A stretch of 64,000 nt of DNA, taken from contig CAXXMU010000001.1 in NCBI GenBank assembly GCA_963667785.2, positions 608,001 through 672,000 of the forward strand. Reading direction: 5' to 3'. Of this stretch, positions 48,548 through 59,271 are shown in pieces. The stretch comes from Alphaproteobacteria bacterium. Lineage in GTDB: Bacteria; Pseudomonadota; Alphaproteobacteria; UBA828. The notes under the pieces are model-generated. The model ran no database searches. It was not told where the DNA came from and saw only the letters and a list, made by a program, of their open reading frames with translations. Position 1 is the stretch's first letter, and each line of letters opens with the position of its first letter. The position numbers and the translations under genes are program-made.

Positions 48548-49957
48548 CTAGTCCGGCAGGGCGTTGAGCGCGGTCCGCACCACCGCGTGCTCATCGCTGC
48601 CCGGCTGAAGCAGGGCGAGCAGGCGCTCCCAGCGCGCACGCGCCGTGGCGACCTCGGCATTTTCCGACGCAGCGAGGCCCGTGACCCAGAGCGCGACCCG
48701 ATCGTCAGGGGCAAGCGTGAGAATGCGCTCGTAGACCGCCACGGCGTCCGCCGCCGGCGGCTCCGGCAGGGCGGCCTCGGTGAGCGCGTCCGCATAGGCA
48801 CGAAGCGTCTCGAGGTCGTCGGGTGCCAATTCCGCCGCCCGGCGGAGCGCGTCGGCCGCCTTCTCGTGCTCGCCCAGCACGCCGTAGGAGCGGGCCAGCC
48901 GGCGCCAGCCCTCTGCGTCGTCCGGGTTCTCCTCGAGGCGGGTGGCGAGGCTCTCCACCATGCCGCGGATCATCGCCATGCGCTCGTCCGGCGTCATCTC
49001 GGCCGCCGCCGCCATGTCCTCGGCAGACGGCCCCGGGGGTGCCTCGGCGCGGGCAGGCGCGCTCGGGACGGTCCCGGGTGCGATGCCGAGCATCTCGGCG
49101 GCCTGGCGGATCAGGCTCCCCAGATCGCCGCGCCAGGGCGCATCCGCAGGCGTGTCGGCGGCGAGCGCCAGCCACATCTCGTAGGCGTCGCGCACCTCGC
49201 CGGCCTGCGCGCGGGCCAGCGCGAGGTGGTAGCGGGCAGCGGGGTCGTCCGAGCGTGCCTCCATTACCCGCTCGAAGACCCGCACCGCCTCCGGCACCAC
49301 CGTTCCGTCGCTCGCCCAGACGATCGTCTCGCCCAGCATGGAGAGTATCTCGGGATTGCCGCCGGAGAGCAGCGCCGCCTGCCGCAGCGCGCGGGTCGCC
49401 TCTGCGTACTGCTGCAGGACGAGATGGGAGCGCCCCAGCAGGAGCCAGCCTTCGAGGTCGTCGGGCTCTCTCTCCAGCCGCGCTTCGAGCCGCTCGACCG
49501 CGTCGTCCATGATTGCCGCCGTCGCTGCATCGGAGGCGGGCCGGGCGGCCTCGTCGAAGGGTCGGCCGGGGAGTCCGGGGGTGCCGAGGCTCGCATAGAT
49601 GCCGGCGGCGAGCGCCGGCACGCAGAGCCCGAGCGCCAGCGCCGCCGCGCGCCGCCGCCAGGGCGGCCGTGTGCCCGCGCCCGGCGCCCGCCCAGCCCCG
49701 AGTGCGGCCTCTGCTTCCTCGCGCGCCCGCGCCGCGCGCAGCATGCGCCGCTCGATCTCGGTGCGCGCCGCCTCGACCTGCTCCTCGCTCACCAGTCCGC
49801 GGGCGCGGTCGCTCTCCAGCTCGCGCAGCTGATCGCGGTAGACGGCGAGGTCGTAGTCCGCCCGCGCCGGACCGCGCCGCTCCCGGCGCAGCACGGGAAC
49901 CAGCAGCACCGCCACGGCAAGCGCCGTAAGCCCGGCGGCGGCGAGCGCGAAGACCAT
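48548..49957 (-). CDS. ccmI: Cytochrome c biogenesis protein CcmI/CycH (TPR)
   Basis: VYRDQLRELE..RG, Y..LG.P, TPR repeats (GWLLLGRS), MIRGMVESLA.RL. Confidence 0.9.
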   Translation of the reverse strand: MVFALAAAGLTALAVAVLLVPVLRRERRGPARADYDLAVYRDQLRELESDRARGLVSEEQVEAARTEIERRMLRAARAREEAEAALGAGRAPGAGTRPPWRRRAAALALGLCVPALAAGIYASLGTPGLPGRPFDEAARPASDAATAAIMDDAVERLEARLEREPDDLEGWLLLGRSHLVLQQYAEATRALRQAALLSGGNPEILSMLGETIVWASDGTVVPEAVRVFERVMEARSDDPAARYHLALARAQAGEVRDAYEMWLALAADTPADAPWRGDLGSLIRQAAEMLGIAPGTVPSAPARAEAPPGPSAEDMAAAAEMTPDERMAMIRGMVESLATRLEENPDDAEGWRRLARSYGVLGEHEKAADALRRAAELAPDDLETLRAYADALTEAALPEPPAADAVAVYERILTLAPDDRVALWVTGLAASENAEVATARARWERLLALLQPGSDEHAVVRTALNALPD

Positions 49958-49967
49958 GGGCGCCCGT

Positions 49968-50468
49968 TCAGCTGTCGTCGTCGAGAAGAGCGTCGAGCCG
50001 CCGTCGCTCCTCGGCGGAGAGCGGCGCCGGCCCGCCGGCCGCGCCGCCCGCAGCGCCCGCGCCGCTCCGGGCGCGGCGCAGCAGCACGTAGACGAGACCC
50101 GCACCGGCGACGAGGACGGCGGCCGGCCCGAACCAGAGCGCATAGGTCTCCGGTTTCACCGGCGGGTCGAGCAGGACGTAGTCGCCGTAGCGCTCGACGA
50201 GGAACCCTCTCACCGCCGCGTCGCTTTCTCCTGCGGCGAGCCGTTCGCGGACGACGGCGCGCATGTCCTGGGCCAGGCCCGCATTGGAATCGGCGATCGA
50301 CTGGCCCTGGCACACGAGGCAGCGGAGCTCCGCGTGCAGCGCCCGGGCGCGGGCTTCGAGCGCCGCGTCCGCCAGCGGCTCGTCGGGCGAGAAGGCCCAG
50401 GCGTTCGCCGCCAGTGCGAGCCAGAGGGCGGCCGCTGTCCCCAGCAGCGCGCGCCGCGCGCCCTTCAT
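49968..50468 (-). CDS. ccmH: Cytochrome c biogenesis protein CcmH/CycL
   Basis: LRCLVCQGQSIADS and RYGDYVL motifs. Confidence 0.93.
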   Translation of the reverse strand: MKGARRALLGTAAALWLALAANAWAFSPDEPLADAALEARARALHAELRCLVCQGQSIADSNAGLAQDMRAVVRERLAAGESDAAVRGFLVERYGDYVLLDPPVKPETYALWFGPAAVLVAGAGLVYVLLRRARSGAGAAGGAAGGPAPLSAEERRRLDALLDDDS

Positions 50469-51070
50469 CCCCGAAGGTCCTCGATCAGCGGCAGGATCGT
50501 CCCGTCGAGATCCTGCGGCGCGAGCACGCCGACGTGGCGGTGGCGGATGCGGCCCTCGCCGTCCACCACGAAGGTCTCGGGCACGCCGTAGACGCCCCAC
50601 TCGATTCCGGCGCGGCCGTCGACGTCGGCGCCCATGCGCGCGTAGGGGTTGCCGAGGCGCCCCAGCCAGCGCTCGGCGTCGGCGGGCGTGTCCTTGTAGT
50701 TGATGCCGTAGATCGGCACGGTGCCGGCCTCGGCGAGCGCCATGAGCAACGGGTGCTCCACGCGGCAGGGCCCGCACCAGGACGCGAAGACGTTGACGAG
50801 CGCGATCTCGCCCTGCCCGAGATGGGCGGTTTCGAACCCGCCCACCTCCTCGAAGCCCTGGACCGCAGGCAGCGAAAACGTCGGCACCGGCTTGTCGATC
50901 AGCGCCGACGGCACCTTGCCGGGCTCGCCGGTCAGAAGCTGGACGCCGAGCGCCGCGGCCAGCGCCACGAACAGGAAGACGGGCACGAGATAGCGCAGCC
51001 GGAGGGCAGGGGAGACGGGCTTCGCCGCCGCCTGGTCCTCCGCCGGCGTTCGGGTGCTCTCGTCCGCCAT
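50465..51070 (-). CDS. ccmG: CcmG/DsbE thiol:disulfide interchange protein
   Basis: FASWCGPC, INYKD and GVYGVPETF motifs. Confidence 0.93.
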   Translation of the reverse strand: MADESTRTPAEDQAAAKPVSPALRLRYLVPVFLFVALAAALGVQLLTGEPGKVPSALIDKPVPTFSLPAVQGFEEVGGFETAHLGQGEIALVNVFASWCGPCRVEHPLLMALAEAGTVPIYGINYKDTPADAERWLGRLGNPYARMGADVDGRAGIEWGVYGVPETFVVDGEGRIRHRHVGVLAPQDLDGTILPLIEDLRG

Positions 51071-51075
51071 GTCTC

Positions 51076-53058
51076 TCAGTCGCCTGCCGTGGCCGCGGCC
51101 GGCACGGCGCGGCGGCGGGCGGGCGCGCCGACGCGGTGGCGGCGGTCGGTCAGCGAGACGGCGCCGCCCGCCACCATGACGAGCGCGCCGATCCAGATCC
51201 ACGGCACCAGCGGGTTGTGGTGGATGCGGACCGCCGTGCCGCCGCCGGGCGCGTCCTCGCCGACGACGACGTAGAGGTCGGCGAGCCAGGTGGTGTGGAT
51301 CGCCGCCTCGGTGGTCCAGGTGTCCTGCACCGGATAGTGGCGGCGTTCGGGCAGGAGGAGCGCGATCTCCTCGCCGCCGTCGCTGACCTGCACCCGCCCC
51401 TGCCGCGCGAGGTAGTTGGGGCCGGGCACGTCGCCGATGTCGAGAAGCTGGAAGTCGTAGCCGGCAAGCGCGACCGAATCGCCCGGCCGCATTACCTGCT
51501 CCCGCTCGCCCGCCCAGTTGCCGGCGCCCACCGTGCCCACCACCAGCACCGCGACTCCGAGATGGGCGATGCTCATCGCCCAGGCCGACCGCGGCAGGCC
51601 GGCGAGCCGGCGCGCGCTCTCGCCGAGAGGCACGCGGAAGAGCCGGATCCGCTCCGCCAGCTCCGTCAGCACGCCCGCCGCCACCCAGCCGGCGAGCGCC
51701 ATGCCAAGCACCGCGCCCCACGGGCCGCCGCCGCTGGCTGCCACCGCGGCCGCCACCGCCGCGGCGCAGACCAGCGGGACCGCGAGGCGCGGGAGAACGG
51801 CGCCGGGGCCTGCGCGCTTCCAGGCCATCAGCGGCCCCGCCGCCATCATCAGGAGGAGCGGGATCATCAGGGGCACGAAGGTCGATTCGAAGAAGGGCGG
51901 GCCGACCGAGACCTTCTGGTCGGCGAGCGCGTCGAGAACGAGCGGATAGAGCGTGCCGATGAAGACCGTCGCACAGCCCACCGCCAGCAGCAGGTTGTTC
52001 GCGAGCAGCGAGCCCTCGCGCGAGAGCGGGCGGAACGAGCCGCCGGCCCGCATCCCCGGCGCCCGCCAGGCATAGAGCGTGAGCGAGCCGCCGACGACGA
52101 CCACCAGGAAGACGAGGATGTAGACCCCGCGCGCGGGATCGGAGGCGAAGCTGTGCACCGAAGTCAGCACGCCCGAGCGCACCAGGAAGGTCCCCAGCAG
52201 GCTGAGCGAGAAGCCGAGGATCGCCAGCAGCACGGTCCAGCTCTTCAGGGAATCGCGCTTCTCCGCGACGATGGATGAGTGCAGCAGCGCCGTCGCCATC
52301 AGCCAGGGCATGAACGAGGCGTTCTCCACCGGATCCCAGAACCAGTACCCGCCCCAGCCGAGCTCGTAGTAGGCCCACCAGGAACCCAAAGCGATGCCCG
52401 CCGTGAGCGCACACCAGGAGAGCAGCGTCCAGGGCCTCACCCAGCGTGCCCAGGCCGCGTTGACCCGGCCCTCGATCAGTGCCGCCACGGCGAAGGAGAA
52501 GGCCGTCGACAGCCCGACATAGCCGAGATAGAGCAGCGGCGGGTGGAAGGCGAGGCCGGGATCCTGCAGCAGCGGGTTGAGGTCGCGCCCGTCGAAGGGC
52601 GCCGGGTCGAGGCGCAGGAAGGGGTTGGAGGTGGCGAGGATGAAGACCAGAAACCCCAGCCCGACGAACGCCTGCACGGCCAGCACCCAGGCCCGGAATC
52701 GCGGCGGCAGGTTGCGCCCGAAGGCCGCCACCAGGGCGCCGTAGACCGCGAGGATCCAGACCCAGAGCAGCATCGAGCCTTCGTGATTGCCCCAGGTGCC
52801 GGTGAACTTGTAGAGCAGCGGCTTGGCCGAGTGCGAGTTGTCGGCCACCGTCACCACGGAGAAATCCGAGACGACGAAGGCATGCATCAGGCAGGCCAGC
52901 GCAGCCGAGATGAAGAGGAACTGGGCCGCCGCCGCCGGCCGCGCCAGCGCCATCAGGGTACCGTCGCCGAGCCGGGCGCCGAGCGGCGGCGCCACCGCCT
53001 GCACCAGCGTCATCGCCAGCGCGAGCACGAGGGCGTAGTGGCCGATCTCCGCGATCAT
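51076..53058 (-). CDS. ccmF: Heme lyase CcmF
   Basis: WGNHEGS, WAYYELGWGGYWFWDPVEN and SVHSFA motifs. Confidence 0.97.
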   Translation of the reverse strand: MIAEIGHYALVLALAMTLVQAVAPPLGARLGDGTLMALARPAAAAQFLFISAALACLMHAFVVSDFSVVTVADNSHSAKPLLYKFTGTWGNHEGSMLLWVWILAVYGALVAAFGRNLPPRFRAWVLAVQAFVGLGFLVFILATSNPFLRLDPAPFDGRDLNPLLQDPGLAFHPPLLYLGYVGLSTAFSFAVAALIEGRVNAAWARWVRPWTLLSWCALTAGIALGSWWAYYELGWGGYWFWDPVENASFMPWLMATALLHSSIVAEKRDSLKSWTVLLAILGFSLSLLGTFLVRSGVLTSVHSFASDPARGVYILVFLVVVVGGSLTLYAWRAPGMRAGGSFRPLSREGSLLANNLLLAVGCATVFIGTLYPLVLDALADQKVSVGPPFFESTFVPLMIPLLLMMAAGPLMAWKRAGPGAVLPRLAVPLVCAAAVAAAVAASGGGPWGAVLGMALAGWVAAGVLTELAERIRLFRVPLGESARRLAGLPRSAWAMSIAHLGVAVLVVGTVGAGNWAGEREQVMRPGDSVALAGYDFQLLDIGDVPGPNYLARQGRVQVSDGGEEIALLLPERRHYPVQDTWTTEAAIHTTWLADLYVVVGEDAPGGGTAVRIHHNPLVPWIWIGALVMVAGGAVSLTDRRHRVGAPARRRAVPAAATAGD

Positions 53059-53498
53059 TCGGCGTCCTCGCCCTTCCAGTTGCCGGACTTCTTCAGTGCA
53101 TCCGCCACCTCGCGGGGCATGTAGTTCTCGTCGTGCTTGGCGAGCACCTCGTCGGCCTCGAACACGCCGCCCTTGAGATAGCCCTCGGCCACGACCCCCT
53201 GCCCCTCGCGGAAGAGGTCGGGCAGGATGCCGCGGTAGGTCACCGGCACGGTATGGGCGAGATCGGTGATGACGAAGCGCACCGTCAGCCCGTCGTCGGC
53301 GCGGACCACGCTCTCCTCCTCCACCAGGCCGCCGACCCGCAGCCTCTGCTCCGCCGGGAACGCGCGCTCCTTGAGCGTGCTCGGGTCATGGAAGAAGACC
53401 AGCGTGTCGTCGAGGGCGGTCAGCACCAGGCCGGCGGCAAGCCCGAGCGCTCCCAGCCCCGCACCGAGAAAGACCAGGCGCCAGTGCTTGCGCTTCAT
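53055..53498 (-). CDS. ccmE: Heme chaperone CcmE
   Basis: PDLFREGQG and LAKHDENY motifs. Confidence 0.96.
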   Translation of the reverse strand: MKRKHWRLVFLGAGLGALGLAAGLVLTALDDTLVFFHDPSTLKERAFPAEQRLRVGGLVEEESVVRADDGLTVRFVITDLAHTVPVTYRGILPDLFREGQGVVAEGYLKGGVFEADEVLAKHDENYMPREVADALKKSGNWKGEDAE

Positions 53499-53707
53499 GC
53501 CGGGGCGTTCCGCTCCCCGTCATGGTCACGGTCTCCGTCGCCGGTGCCGCGCCGCCGGCGGGCTGTCGCCTCCAGGGTCCTCAGCGCCGCCTCGCGCGCG
53601 CGCATGGCGCGAAGGCTCTGCACGAGCAGCGCGATCATGATCGCAGCGGCAGCGCCGAATGCCGGCCATACGTAGGCGGCGTAGCCGCCCATCTCGAAAA
53701 ACGACAT
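53495..53707 (-). CDS. ccmD: Heme exporter protein CcmD
   Basis: FFEMGGYAAYVWPAFG, one TM and a charged tail; overlaps the ccmE start. Confidence 0.88.
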   Translation of the reverse strand: MSFFEMGGYAAYVWPAFGAAAAIMIALLVQSLRAMRAREAALRTLEATARRRRGTGDGDRDHDGERNAPA

Positions 53708-53909
53708 CGCCCCGCGCCCGCCCGCTGCCGGCGGCGCTCCAAAGCGCGCGCCCGGCCGCTCGTGTCATCCGGCCATAGTGTGGGGCCGTCATGCGCCGAT
53801 ATCAAGGCGCCGCCCGGCCTCGAGCCTACGCCCTGCGCCGACCATGACCTTGGTGGGAAATGCGGGCTAGACTGGCCGGCAGGCGAGTCGTCGATTGGGG
53901 AGGCGCGGA

Positions 53910-54323
53910 ATGGCCTACTGGCTCTTGAAGTCGGAACCCGGATGCTGGTCGTGGGACGATCAGGTGCGCGAGGGCGTCAGCGAGTGGGACGGCGTGCGCA
54001 ACCATCAGGCCAACAACAACATGAAGGCCATGAAGAGCGGCGACCGCTGCTTCTTCTACCACTCGGTCAACGCCAAGGAGATCGTCGGCGTCGTCGAGGT
54101 GGTGAAGGAGCACTATCCCGATCCGACCGATGCCAGCGGGCGCTTCGGCATGGTCGACGTCAAGGCCGTGGTCCCGGTGGACCAGCCGGTCTCGCTGAAG
54201 CAGATCAAGGAAGACCCGCTGCTGCGGGAGATGCAGCTCGTCCGCCAGTCGCGGCTCTCGGTGTGCCCGGTGAGCGCGGCCGAGTGGCGGCGCATCTGCA
54301 CCCTGGCCGGGATCGCCGCCTGA
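53910..54323 (+). CDS. EVE domain protein
   Basis: YWLLKSEP, WDGVRNHQA, FFYHS and RLSV motifs. Confidence 0.93.
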   Translation: MAYWLLKSEPGCWSWDDQVREGVSEWDGVRNHQANNNMKAMKSGDRCFFYHSVNAKEIVGVVEVVKEHYPDPTDASGRFGMVDVKAVVPVDQPVSLKQIKEDPLLREMQLVRQSRLSVCPVSAAEWRRICTLAGIAA

Positions 54324-54342
54324 CTCCGGGCGCTTTCCGCGC

Positions 54343-55383
54343 TCAGGCGCCCTGCCTGCGCGCAGCCCGCGCGACGCGGAGAAGGGCCTGCCAGCAGATG
54401 GCGGCGGGCACGCTGCCGGCCACCTTGCAATCGCGCTCGGCACGGGTCAGCAGCCCCAGTGCGCCGGCCGCACGCGCGCTCGGCCAGCGCGTCATCTCGT
54501 CGGCGAAGGCGGCCTTCTCCCTGGCGAAGACCGGCGGCTTGAGAGCACCCATCGCGTCCGCCCGGCTGGCACCGCGCTCATGGGCGGCAACGGCGAGGTG
54601 GAGGCGGGCGAAGCGGCGACCGGCGGCGCGGAGGATCGTGACCGGTTGAACGCCGCCGTAGAACGCGCGGGTCAACGCCCGGTCGAGCCGCTCGAGGTCG
54701 CCCGCCGCCGCGAATCGCGCGACCATGTCGGCCGATGCGTCTGTCGCATCGCCGATGCAGGCCTCGGCCGCCTCGGCCGTGAGCTCGGCGCCTTCCTGTC
54801 CGGTATCGCCGAGATAGACCGCGAGCTTCTCGATCTCGCTCTCGATCTGGCGGCGGTCGCTGCCGAGCCGCTCGGCGAGCCAGCCCGCGGTCTCGGGCGC
54901 GACGCGCAGGTTCCGCTCCCCGCAGAAGGTCTCGATCAGCCGCGCGGCGCCGTCTGCGCTCTCGTCGTAGCAGGGGATGGCGGCAAGGCTCGCCTCCTGC
55001 TCGCAGAGGCGCCGCAGGCCCGAGCGCGGGGTGAGCGGGCCCGCCTCCGCGATCACCAGGCTGTCTGTGGCCGGCAGCGCGAGGCAGGAGCGGATCGCCG
55101 GCACCACCGCCTCGCTTGCCCCGCGCAGACGTACGGCGCGCCGGCCGCCGGTCAGCGAGAGCGCCGCCGCCTCGTCGGCGAGCCGGCCCGGCTCGTCGCG
55201 CAGCAGCGCCGGATCCAGGCTGGTGACGCGGAACGGGTCGTTCGGATCTTCGGCGACGGCGCGCACGCAGGCCTCGGCGCGGGCGCGCACCAGGCCCTCG
55301 TTGGCACCGTAGATCAGAACCAGCCGGACGCCCGCATCCGGCGCGGCGCAGAAGCGATCGGCGCGTGCCGCCGGAACCTTCAC
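54343..55383 (-). CDS. holA: DNA polymerase III delta subunit
   Basis: LIYG.NEGLV, EIEKLAVY and PPVF; follows leuS-lptE. Confidence 0.88.
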   Translation of the reverse strand: MKVPAARADRFCAAPDAGVRLVLIYGANEGLVRARAEACVRAVAEDPNDPFRVTSLDPALLRDEPGRLADEAAALSLTGGRRAVRLRGASEAVVPAIRSCLALPATDSLVIAEAGPLTPRSGLRRLCEQEASLAAIPCYDESADGAARLIETFCGERNLRVAPETAGWLAERLGSDRRQIESEIEKLAVYLGDTGQEGAELTAEAAEACIGDATDASADMVARFAAAGDLERLDRALTRAFYGGVQPVTILRAAGRRFARLHLAVAAHERGASRADAMGALKPPVFAREKAAFADEMTRWPSARAAGALGLLTRAERDCKVAGSVPAAICWQALLRVARAARRQGA

Positions 55384-55420
55384 GGCGTCCCGCCCGTCGG
55401 AAGGCGCGACCGCCGGCGCC

Positions 55421-55966
55421 TCATGGCACGAGGTGCAGCAGCACCAGCGTGGCGATTTCCTCGCTCAGCACCCGTGCCGCCTCGTCGGCGGCGTCTCGCT
55501 CCGCCGTCACGGTGGCGAAGCCGGACACGGAGACGTTGAAGCTGCCGATCGACTTGGCGGTGCCGCTGTAGATCTCGTGCCCATCCCGGTCGGCGAGGGA
55601 GAACGAGGCCCGGAGCGTCAGATTGAACCGGGTCGCGTGGTCGTCGAGCTGGATCAGGAGCGGCGTCTCGGTCTGCTCGACCGCGAGCGTCAGCCGGTAC
55701 TCGGGCCATGCCGGCGGCCCATCTGGGGTGAACCTGTCGATCAGGTGGTTGCGCACGACGTGGGCGATTCGCTCCTTGACCGGCACGACTTCGATCCCCG
55801 CCGCGCGGGCGTGCAGGCCGCCGCTGTCGCGGCGGGCATAGAGCGGCTCCAACGTGCAGGCGCCGAGAACGGCGCCGAGGAGCAGGACGGCGAAGACGAC
55901 GGTGAGAAGCGGCCCGTGACCTGCGCGCGCCGGGCGCCCGCGCCCGGCCCGCTCAGGTGACGACAT
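55421..55966 (-). CDS. lptE: LPS assembly lipoprotein LptE
   Basis: Lipobox [10 protein letters not shown]; position between leuS and holA. Confidence 0.8.
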   Translation of the reverse strand: MSSPERAGRGRPARAGHGPLLTVVFAVLLLGAVLGACTLEPLYARRDSGGLHARAAGIEVVPVKERIAHVVRNHLIDRFTPDGPPAWPEYRLTLAVEQTETPLLIQLDDHATRFNLTLRASFSLADRDGHEIYSGTAKSIGSFNVSVSGFATVTAERDAADEAARVLSEEIATLVLLHLVP

Positions 55967-58520
55967 TGACGATCCGCCCGGGGACGACGATCACCTTGCG
56001 CACGGCGCGGCCGGCCAGTGCCCGGCGCACGCCGCCGTCGGCCATCGCCGCGTTCTCCGCCTCCGCCCGGTCGTGATCCGCCGGAAGCGAGATGGTCGCG
56101 CGCTTGCGACCGTCGACCTGGACGGCGACGACCACGACGTCGTCGGCAAGCAGCGCGGCCTCCGCTTCGGGCCAGGGCTCGCGCGCAAGCCAGCTCTCGT
56201 GCCCGAGCCGGCGCCAGGCCTCCTCGGCGAGGTGGGGCACGATCGGGGCCAGCAGGCGGACGGCGCTCTCGAGGCCCTCGCGCATCACGTGGCCTGCGCC
56301 GGGCCGGTCCTCGATGGCCGAGAGCGCGTTGGTCAGCTCCCTGATCCGCGCCACCGCGCGGTTGAAGCGGAAGCGCTCCAGATCCTCGGTCACGCCCGCG
56401 ATGGTCTTGTGGGTCGTCCGACGTAGCTCGCGCAACTGCGGATCGAGAGCGCCGGGGCCCGGCATCGCGGCGCCGACGGGCGAGAGGGCGACAGGCGGGG
56501 ACGCGACCAGGCGCCAGAGCGCCGCGATGTAGCGCCACGCCCCCTTGACGCCGGTGTCGGTCCATTCCAGGTCGCGCTCGGGTGGGCTGTCGGAGAGCAT
56601 GAAGAGCCGCGCCGTATCGGCGCCGTAGGCCTCGATGATCGCCTCGGGATCGACGGTGTTCCGCTTGGACTTGCTCATTGCCTCCGAGCGGCCGGCGACG
56701 ACCGGGCGCCCGTCCTCGCGCGCCACCAGCTCGCCCGCGCGGGTCTCGACCTCGTCCGGGTAGTACCAGCGGCCGTCGGCGTCGCGATAGGTCTCGTGGC
56801 ACACCATGCCCTGGGTGAAGAGGCCGGCGAACGGCTCGTCGATGTCGAGATAGCCGCAGAGCTTGAGCGCCTTGGTGAAGAAGCGGGAATAGAGCAGGTG
56901 CAGCACCGCGTGCTCGATGCCGCCGATATACTGGTCGACCGGCAGCCACGGCGCGACCTCGTCCTCCGGCAGCGGGACGTCGGCGCGGGCCGCGCAGAAG
57001 CGCGCGAAATACCAGGACGAATCAACGAACGTGTCCATCGTGTCGGTGTCCCTCGCCGCGGCGGCGCCGCAGCGGGGGCAGGCGGTATGCTTCCACGCGG
57101 GATGGCGGTCGAGCGGGTTGCCGGGCACGTCGAAGGTCACGTCCTCCGGCAGGCGCACCGGCAGCGCCTCGCGCGGCACCGGCACCACGCCGCAATCCTC
57201 GCAGTGCACCACCGGAATCGGGCAGCCCCAGTAGCGCTGCCGCGAGATGCCCCAGTCGCGGAGCCGATAGCTGACGGAGACGCCGCCCAGGCCCCGCTCG
57301 TCGAGCGCCGCGACCGCCCGCGCCTTGGCGTCCTCGACCGCGAGCCCGTTGAGGAAGTCCGAGTTGATCGCCGTGCCGTCGCCCGTGTAGGCCTCGTCGC
57401 CGATCGTCACCGCGTCGACCTCCGTGTCCGGCGGGCACACCACGGGGATGACCGGCAGCCCCTGGCTGCGGGCGAAGTCGAGATCGCGCTGGTCGTGGGC
57501 GGGACAGCCGAAGATCGCGCCGGTGCCGTAGTCCATGAGCACGAAATTGGCGACGTAGAGGGGCAGCGTGCGGTCCGTCTCGAAGGGATGACGGACCTTG
57601 ACCCCGGTGTCGTATCCGCGCTTGCCCGCCGCCTCGATGTCGCGCTCGCCGATGCCGGCCAGGTTGCACTCGGCGATGAACGCGGCGAGCGCCGGATCGG
57701 CGCCGGCGAGCGCCGTCGCCAGCGGGTGGTTGGGTGAGAGCGCGCAGAAGGACGCGCCGAACAGCGTGTCGGGGCGGGTGGTGAAGACCTCCAGCGCCTC
57801 GTCGCGGCCCTCGATGGGGAACAGGATCCGCGCACCCTCGGAACGCCCGATCCAGTTGCGCTGCATCAGCCGCACCTTGTCGGGCCAGCGCGGCAGCTCG
57901 TCCAGCGCCTCCAGCAGCTCGTCGGCGAAGCGGGTGATGCGGAAGAACCATTGCGCCAGCCGCCGCTTCTCCACCACCGCGCCCGAGCGCCAGCCGCGCC
58001 CGTCGACCACCTGCTCGTTGGCCAGCACGGTCCCGTCGACCGGGTCCCAGTTGACCCACGCCTCCTTGCGCTCGACCAGCCCCGCCTCGAAGAAATCGAG
58101 GAAGAGCGCCTGCTGATGCTCGTAGTAGCCGGGGTGGCAGGTGGCGAATTCGCGCTCCCAGTCGATGGAGAGCCCCATCAGCTGCAGCTGCCCGCGCATC
58201 GTCGCGACATTGGCGTAGGTCCACTCGGCGGGATGGACGCCGCGCTCGAACGCCGCGTTCTCCGCCGGCAGGCCGAAGGCATCCCAGCCCATGGGATGCA
58301 GCACGTCGTATCCCCGGGCGCGCTTGTAGCGGGCGACGACGTCGCCCATCGTGTAGTTGCGCACGTGCCCCATGTGGATGCGGCCCGAGGGATAGGGGAA
58401 CATTTCGAGGACGTAGTAGGTCGGGCGCTCGCCGCTGAGCTCCGCCCGGAACAGCCCCGCCTCCTCCCAGGCGGCCTGCCACCTGGCCTCGACGGCCTGC
58501 GCGTCGTAACGCTCGCTCAT
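55953..58520 (-). CDS. leuS: Leucine--tRNA ligase
   Basis: MFPYPSG.IHMGH, FTTRPDT editing domain, SRQRYWG, AMSKS. Confidence 0.97.
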   Translation of the reverse strand: MSERYDAQAVEARWQAAWEEAGLFRAELSGERPTYYVLEMFPYPSGRIHMGHVRNYTMGDVVARYKRARGYDVLHPMGWDAFGLPAENAAFERGVHPAEWTYANVATMRGQLQLMGLSIDWEREFATCHPGYYEHQQALFLDFFEAGLVERKEAWVNWDPVDGTVLANEQVVDGRGWRSGAVVEKRRLAQWFFRITRFADELLEALDELPRWPDKVRLMQRNWIGRSEGARILFPIEGRDEALEVFTTRPDTLFGASFCALSPNHPLATALAGADPALAAFIAECNLAGIGERDIEAAGKRGYDTGVKVRHPFETDRTLPLYVANFVLMDYGTGAIFGCPAHDQRDLDFARSQGLPVIPVVCPPDTEVDAVTIGDEAYTGDGTAINSDFLNGLAVEDAKARAVAALDERGLGGVSVSYRLRDWGISRQRYWGCPIPVVHCEDCGVVPVPREALPVRLPEDVTFDVPGNPLDRHPAWKHTACPRCGAAAARDTDTMDTFVDSSWYFARFCAARADVPLPEDEVAPWLPVDQYIGGIEHAVLHLLYSRFFTKALKLCGYLDIDEPFAGLFTQGMVCHETYRDADGRWYYPDEVETRAGELVAREDGRPVVAGRSEAMSKSKRNTVDPEAIIEAYGADTARLFMLSDSPPERDLEWTDTGVKGAWRYIAALWRLVASPPVALSPVGAAMPGPGALDPQLRELRRTTHKTIAGVTEDLERFRFNRAVARIRELTNALSAIEDRPGAGHVMREGLESAVRLLAPIVPHLAEEAWRRLGHESWLAREPWPEAEAALLADDVVVVAVQVDGRKRATISLPADHDRAEAENAAMADGGVRRALAGRAVRKVIVVPGRIVNVVT

Positions 58521-58633
58521 CGGCCCCGCTCGCTCCTTTGTCCCGGCCGGTGTCGGAGGGCGGCGCCCCTATAGCATGACGGGAGGATCGGTGCAGCCGC
58601 GCCGCATGCGCCAGGCGGCGGGGGCCCCGGCCT

Positions 58634-59152
58634 CTACTCGAGGAGCGAGACGGTGCGCAACTGGCGGGCGCGCTCGAGAATCTTGTTTTCGAGGCTGAGC
58701 GCGGTGTCCGGGCTCGTGGAGCTGTCCTCCCACTGGCCGCCGTCCGCGCGCTCCTGACGGAAGACGGAGACCCGCACGGCATCCGCGCGCAGCGCCCGGT
58801 CCAGGATGTAGACGGTCATCTTGAAGCGCTCGTCGGGAGTCTCCGGCGGGGCGTACCAGTCGGTGATGATGACGCCGCCGAAGGGATCGGCCGAGAGCAG
58901 GGGCATGAAGGCGATGGTGTCGATGCTCCCGCGCCAGAGGAAGCTGTTGACCCCGAGCCCGCTCACTGGCTCATCGTCCGGGGCGCCCAGCAGCGTGATG
59001 CCGCCGGGGCCGAAGATGCTGCCGCTATCCTGCGGGACACGGGGATCCCTGGTCGGGTCTTCGGGCGTCGTGCCGCCCTCGCAGCCCGCCACCGCCAGAG
59101 CCAGAACGAGGGCCGCCGCGCACGGCCCCGCACCGCTAAAGAACCGCTTCAT
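58634..59152 (-). CDS. DUF3576 family lipoprotein
   Basis: Lipobox VAGC; GVNSFLWR and DPFGGVIITDWY; conserved upstream of leuS. Confidence 0.88.
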   Translation of the reverse strand: MKRFFSGAGPCAAALVLALAVAGCEGGTTPEDPTRDPRVPQDSGSIFGPGGITLLGAPDDEPVSGLGVNSFLWRGSIDTIAFMPLLSADPFGGVIITDWYAPPETPDERFKMTVYILDRALRADAVRVSVFRQERADGGQWEDSSTSPDTALSLENKILERARQLRTVSLLE

Positions 59153-59271
59153 GTCAACTGCCTGCATCGAACGCACATGGCCGGCCCTTGTAGCACGAGG
59201 CGCGCGGACGCCGCAGCAGATTCGGGAGAAAACGCCGGAACGGCGGCGCGGGACGCATCGTCGCCGCGTCG

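Noticed and set aside
56664-56681. AMSKS instead of KMSKS in LeuRS
   Set aside because: The first position varies in alphaproteobacterial LeuRS and the catalytic second Lys is intact.
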